Part shown: piece by piece, positions 25,814 through 57,462 of the stretch
Layout of the letters: each line of letters begins with the position of its first letter
Position numbering within the stretch: position 1 is the stretch's first letter
Assembly (NCBI GenBank): GCA_012026655.1
Contig: JAAILG010002154.1
Location: 1-57,462 of the forward strand
Origin: Hydrolagus affinis
Taxonomy: Eukaryota
DNA length: 57,462 nt
Reading direction: 5' to 3'
Program-made: the position numbers and the translations under genes
Notes under the pieces: model-generated
What the model saw: the letters and a program-made list of their open reading frames with translations, nothing else
Told to the model about the DNA's origin: nothing
Databases searched by the model: none

Positions 25814-27333
25814 GTATTCATGATGCTGTGTGACACCAATTCCAGTGTATGCAGTGGGATTTCTTGAAGTTCATTTCCACTGATTCCTCACTTAGCTGTT
25901 TGCAAATAGAACAGCTGGTACTGGGAAATGTCAAGTGAGGTCTGATCAACCAGAATGACTGTTTTAACTTAAAACCAATGGTCCTTGGGATTTTCTCTCC
26001 TCTCTATAGCACTGATCTATTCTGAAATGTGGCTGGCCAAAACCTACGCAATGTCAACGCACATGACTTTTCAAGGTGACTTATAGGTGACTTTCAGGGT
26101 AGAACACGAAGTAACGATAGGAAACACAGACCATGACAGATGATAACTACCTATTTCCTGAATTAAGGGTCAATGACACTAGTTATAGGCACTGGGTTGA
26201 ATTGACCTCCTCTGTGCTTTGCATGCCTCAGTTTCACACAGTACAGTGCCTTTACCAACTGGGACATTGGAGATTTTTTGATGGGTCGGGTAGTCTCAGT
26301 GAAGCTATTTTGAATATCTTAGTAATTGTTCCTCATCTTTACACTGCAGTAACACAATTAAAACGCTTAATTTCCAATCGTAAAAGCTTTTTTTGCAGTA
26401 GAAGTGTTGGTGCTGGGAATATCAAAAATAACTTGGTGAAATAGGGACACGTATACCTAAAATCTTGATTTTGATATATAGTGAAACTCAAATAAGTCTG
26501 ATCAGTTGGGACCATAACATTTATATATCCATTTACTCTATTCTGTGATATGCATGTTGTTTGGACAAAGTGTGGGACTCAGTGTGCTTTGAAACTATGC
26601 ATGGTGGAGCTAGGGAATATTTCACTGGACGTTAATTGGATTACATCATTGATCATTGGCTGCAAACTCACAGGTTTATGTTAAACCATTTCTGAGGATG
26701 TGTTACTACAGCGATCAGTTAGCTGTCTAGTGGACATTGTTATTGACAGTGCATTGAGTTGGCTCAGTAGCAATATCCTAGTAACTGAGCTACACTTACC
26801 AGGAAAATGCAACATGAATTACGGTTATGTGTTGTATTATGATCTCATCTGGGTTAGTAATGAGGAAACACTAGTCGTCCTCAATTTCCTCAGACAAGGA
26901 AGAGGGGGCCGTCCTGATCATAGTTAAGTACTTCCCACTGGAAGTACATTAGAAGTAGGCAAGATTGGGTTGCAAACCTGTTTGTAGAAAAAAGCTTTTA
27001 CGTGTTAAAATACAGTAACACTTAGACTACTTTGACCTTTCTCTTCAAAATGCAGTATGTACTTTTATCTGTCTCTTCAAACTAATTAAGTATTAACTCA
27101 ATGTACAGTCTGTTACACATTCTTTTGCTGAAATTGATTTTTAAGAAACATAACATGTAATGATAATCCTTGAAATACCTTTCATATGTACACAAAATGT
27201 GATTGTTTGTGTGATTCACAACCGTACAAATTCAACAATTTGTGTATTTTGCTGATAATTTTCTAGTTTTATGGTTATCATAAAATTTTCAAGAATATTT
27301 GGTGAAATATTCACTTTATAATTCTCATTGCAG

Positions 27334-27402
27334 GGTGACTGAAACACGCTACTGAATTAAGAAGATTTTTAAGCCGTCCTCCCTTCCCATAGGCAAGTTA
27401 AG
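27334..27402 (+). other. Candidate 69-nt non-coding 5' UTR exon of STAG2
   Basis: attctcattgcag acceptor and AAG|gtaaaa donor; no ATG; stops in the frame of the next coding exon. Confidence 0.45.
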
Positions 27403-27750
27403 GTAAAAGCACTGCCATTCAATGTCAGTTTAATGTGTAGATTTTCTTTCCTGCAGCTTCCGTTCTACTAGATGGAGAAAATGAGTGTATTGACTTTCCT
27501 AATCAATGCTGTCAATTCAAATAACTGATTACAAGAAGTTATTTCAAAAAAGTATTATTTGTGATTCTTTATATTTTCTACAATCCTTTCAGCTTTTCAA
27601 ATGTGCTTTTTTTTGTTATTTATACGTTCTAGCCTATTTGAAGATCTCAGTTTCAGTGCAGTTCAACTTGTTCGTTTTAAGAATCCACCATAAATGATGC
27701 TGTTGTATCTTAAGTTCAGTGGAAAAAATAAACCTCTTTGTCATATTCAG

Positions 27751-54822
<27,072 letters not shown>

Positions 54823-56250
54823 GGAAATGTCATTTTGTGAATGAATGAATGAATGAAACCAGGGGCAGTTTTAAAAAGAGATATTTTGGTGAATGCAGTT
54901 AAACTATTAAAACTGTACAGATTTTCTCCTTTCGGGAGAATGCTTAATGGATTTGTTCACTGTTCATCTAGATTAAGTGCATTGAGAGGCAGTTTGTTGC
55001 CTGATAAATTGATATTTTAAGAGACTGTGTATAATTATGGAAGCAAGTTAAATTCCTTCCAGTAGTGCCACTGTATTGTGTCTTTAATTAAATGAGCTTG
55101 GTGTAGTATGTTTGAAAGTTTCTCTAAACAATTATTTGACTTGATAGAGTTTGGGAATAGGGAACTAAATTTTAAATAAAAAAAATTATATATATGATTG
55201 GTGCTGATTTTATAATTGCAAATCTTGTTCAGTTTTTCATACTTTGAAATTCCAAGCAAAAGGACGAGGTTTAAAAATTATAATAAAAATTAACAACTTC
55301 TAAAATAGCATGGGTTATTCATGCTTGAGTAATTTTTAAATTTGTATTTTATATTTTATTTACATCTGTCTTTGCAAGCAATCTTCAGGTTAAATAAACT
55401 ACAACTGGTCATAGTACATCTTGTTCTAATGTAAATTAGTTTGAAGATACTAGACATTGAAAAATTACCCATTTATGTTATTCCTTAAATTTGGGTTTTA
55501 TGTTTTCATTTTTATGGTAAATATTCTGTCATAATTATAAACTAAAAGTTTCTAATAATTCATAGAACGCTTTTCAATATTGTTTGCAGTGCTCTGGCAG
55601 TTGGATGTTTTATCAACTCTAAGTTGACATTAACTTATAATAATAAAAAAAATTCATGACATTTCTTGCTAGTCATCTTTCATCGTATTACGTTTTTTAA
55701 AAATCATTCCATGCCTTAATCCGCTTGCCGTACACAAACTTCCCCCATCTCCTGCATAAATCTTTGGTTCATTTCAATGGGATGAATTCAGTTTGCTACT
55801 TCAGTGCTGAAATATTGGGCTTTTAGTAGCCAAGCGAAAAACATAAAATCTGGCTATTGCTTTCAGTTTATTAATATTAATAATTCATGAGATATGCCAA
55901 GGATATTTGGTTGTCTTTTGAGGAATTGTTTGCTTTTACACACTTAAAAAAAACAATGTTTGTTTGGCAGTACTGCCTTTCGTGTTCCTTACACCACTGC
56001 GTTAAAAAGAACTGCTAAGAGGACTGTATATATGATTTTAAAAATAAGTGAAAGCAGACTTTTCTACTTTTTAAAAAAAAGTGCATTCATTGTGAAGGCA
56101 GTTCTTTAAGCTGTATGTTTTCAACCAACTGAAATGTTTTATATTTACCTTCTCCTGTTGTCCTTCATATTTTGTTGTTCATTGTACTGTTCTGATTTGT
56201 ATTTATGTCATGAAACAGTAACTTTTTGAATAAAATTTAAACCTAAAATG
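54823..56250 (+). other. STAG2: STAG2 3' UTR (approximate end)
   Basis: AT-rich stretch after the stop with no recognisable TE, ending near AATAAA 56229 followed by GT-rich sequence. Confidence 0.65.
56229..56234 (+). terminator. Probable distal polyadenylation signal
   Basis: AATAAA with upstream TGTA elements and downstream tggtgttcattgt...gtggtgt; other AATAAA at 55175, 55282, 55393, 55642. Confidence 0.6.
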
Positions 56251-56447
56251 GTGTTCATTGTACAGTGGTGTAACAGGATGCATATTGCCTACCGACGTTT
56301 AAATTCTTTTTGTGGTTAGGAGAGGAAAACCTGCGTGGTTCCTGTAACAACTAGACCTCTGAGTCTGGAATTTGTATTTCGTGGTTGGTCTGAAATTGAC
56401 TTATATCCCAAATAATGCAATGGCAACTTTACTGAACCATCGAATGA

Positions 56448-56542
56448 TCTTGGTTTAACGTCTGATCCGAAGGACATCGTCTGCAACAATGCAGGACTTT
56501 CTCTGTTCTGTATTGGAGTGTCAGCCTGTGTAATGAGCTCAA
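56448..56542 (-). mobile_element. Deu-domain SINE fragment
   Basis: Reverse complement reads aggctgacactccaatacag...ctgcattgttg...ttcggatcagacgttaaacc. Confidence 0.6.
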
Positions 56543-57462
56543 TGAGGTGAGATCGCTCATGACCACGTGGACAAAACTGACCACCTTAAGTTTTCCCAAT
56601 GATTCCCAACACTCATTATTTTTTTAACAGTGATCATGGTGGGAGGTGAGAACATTGTCTAAGGACACAGAAGGGAAGTTAACATCCTTGAGTAGAACTT
56701 TTGTTTGTAGTGAAACTGGTTTCATTCTGAACTGAATCCTTGAACAATCTTAATTGTTCACACGTAGCAAAGAATAAAATTGTGGGGGTGGGGGAAAAAG
56801 CTTTGTAAGTAAGACATGGGTGTTTATGATCTAAAATATTGGGTGACTGGTTCGGGGATGGTTTGTACAGTTCTTAGTTCTCCAAACGTTTTACAAAAGT
56901 TTTAAAATAAATTTCACAAATGGTTTGGTTTAAATAGTTAATTTGCTTTTCTTCTGCACCCCACTTCTCTGTCGAATGTTATCGTTCCTATTTGTGAGTT
57001 GCATTTTTTCATTGGTCACCTGAAGCCTTTGCTGCTTTCTCCAATCAAAAGTCACTGAGGGTTCTTGTAACACCAATTGCCAAGGCCTCCCCATCAATAC
57101 AATGGAGGAAGGAAGAACCATCGTCAGACCAAAATGGTTGCGAAATGAGGCAATTTCCAGGAGCTTTGAGGGTCCCTGTTCCTTGGTCGTCTCTCATCTG
57201 GTGAATCGTCTCAAATTTACTGTAAAAAAAAAACTGAGAGGACATTTTCTGCTTTCTAAATCTTAACCTCTATGAGTATTAAACGCCAAGCAGGACTGTT
57301 GTAACCAGGAGGTCAGCCCGTGCCCGTAAACTCATACCACTGCGTTTTAAAACCAAAATCAATTGCTTTCCAAGTCAGGTTCCCTGAATGGCTAACGTCA
57401 CATCTCACTCAGCGCACACGCACGCAAATGGCAGGAATCGACGACGATGACGACAACAAAAT

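Noticed and set aside
57290-57462. CpG-richer window end and an accactgcgtt match to 55993; possible next-gene promoter
   Set aside because: Too short to support; an 11-nt match is compatible with chance and no coding homology is visible

Overview
Vertebrate genomic DNA dominated by one + strand multi-exon gene, cohesin subunit SA-2 (STAG2). I mapped 31 coding exons from 27751 to the stop at 54822. All resolved introns are GT-AG and the phases join into one frame matching human STAG2 exons 5-35 as I recall them, including the alternative exon-32 equivalent. One exon is cut by a 100-N gap at 39309. A GA/CA-microsatellite-rich, relatively CpG-rich 5' region (1-2400) and about 25 kb of non-coding sequence precede the coding exons; a ~1.4-kb 3' UTR follows. 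The intronic repeats (Deu-domain SINEs, L2 and CR1 3' ends, Penelope-type palindrome, Tigger-like MITEs) point to a cartilaginous fish (inference). Most interesting: a candidate in-frame 42-nt cassette exon (50416-50457); no recognisable N-terminal STAG2 exons; an 84-bp near-perfect inverted repeat; a hairpin with a decayed hammerhead core; a chain of overlapping micro-palindromes; inverted SINE pairs bracketing exon blocks. Repeat boundaries are approximate. I see no convincing wholly new system.
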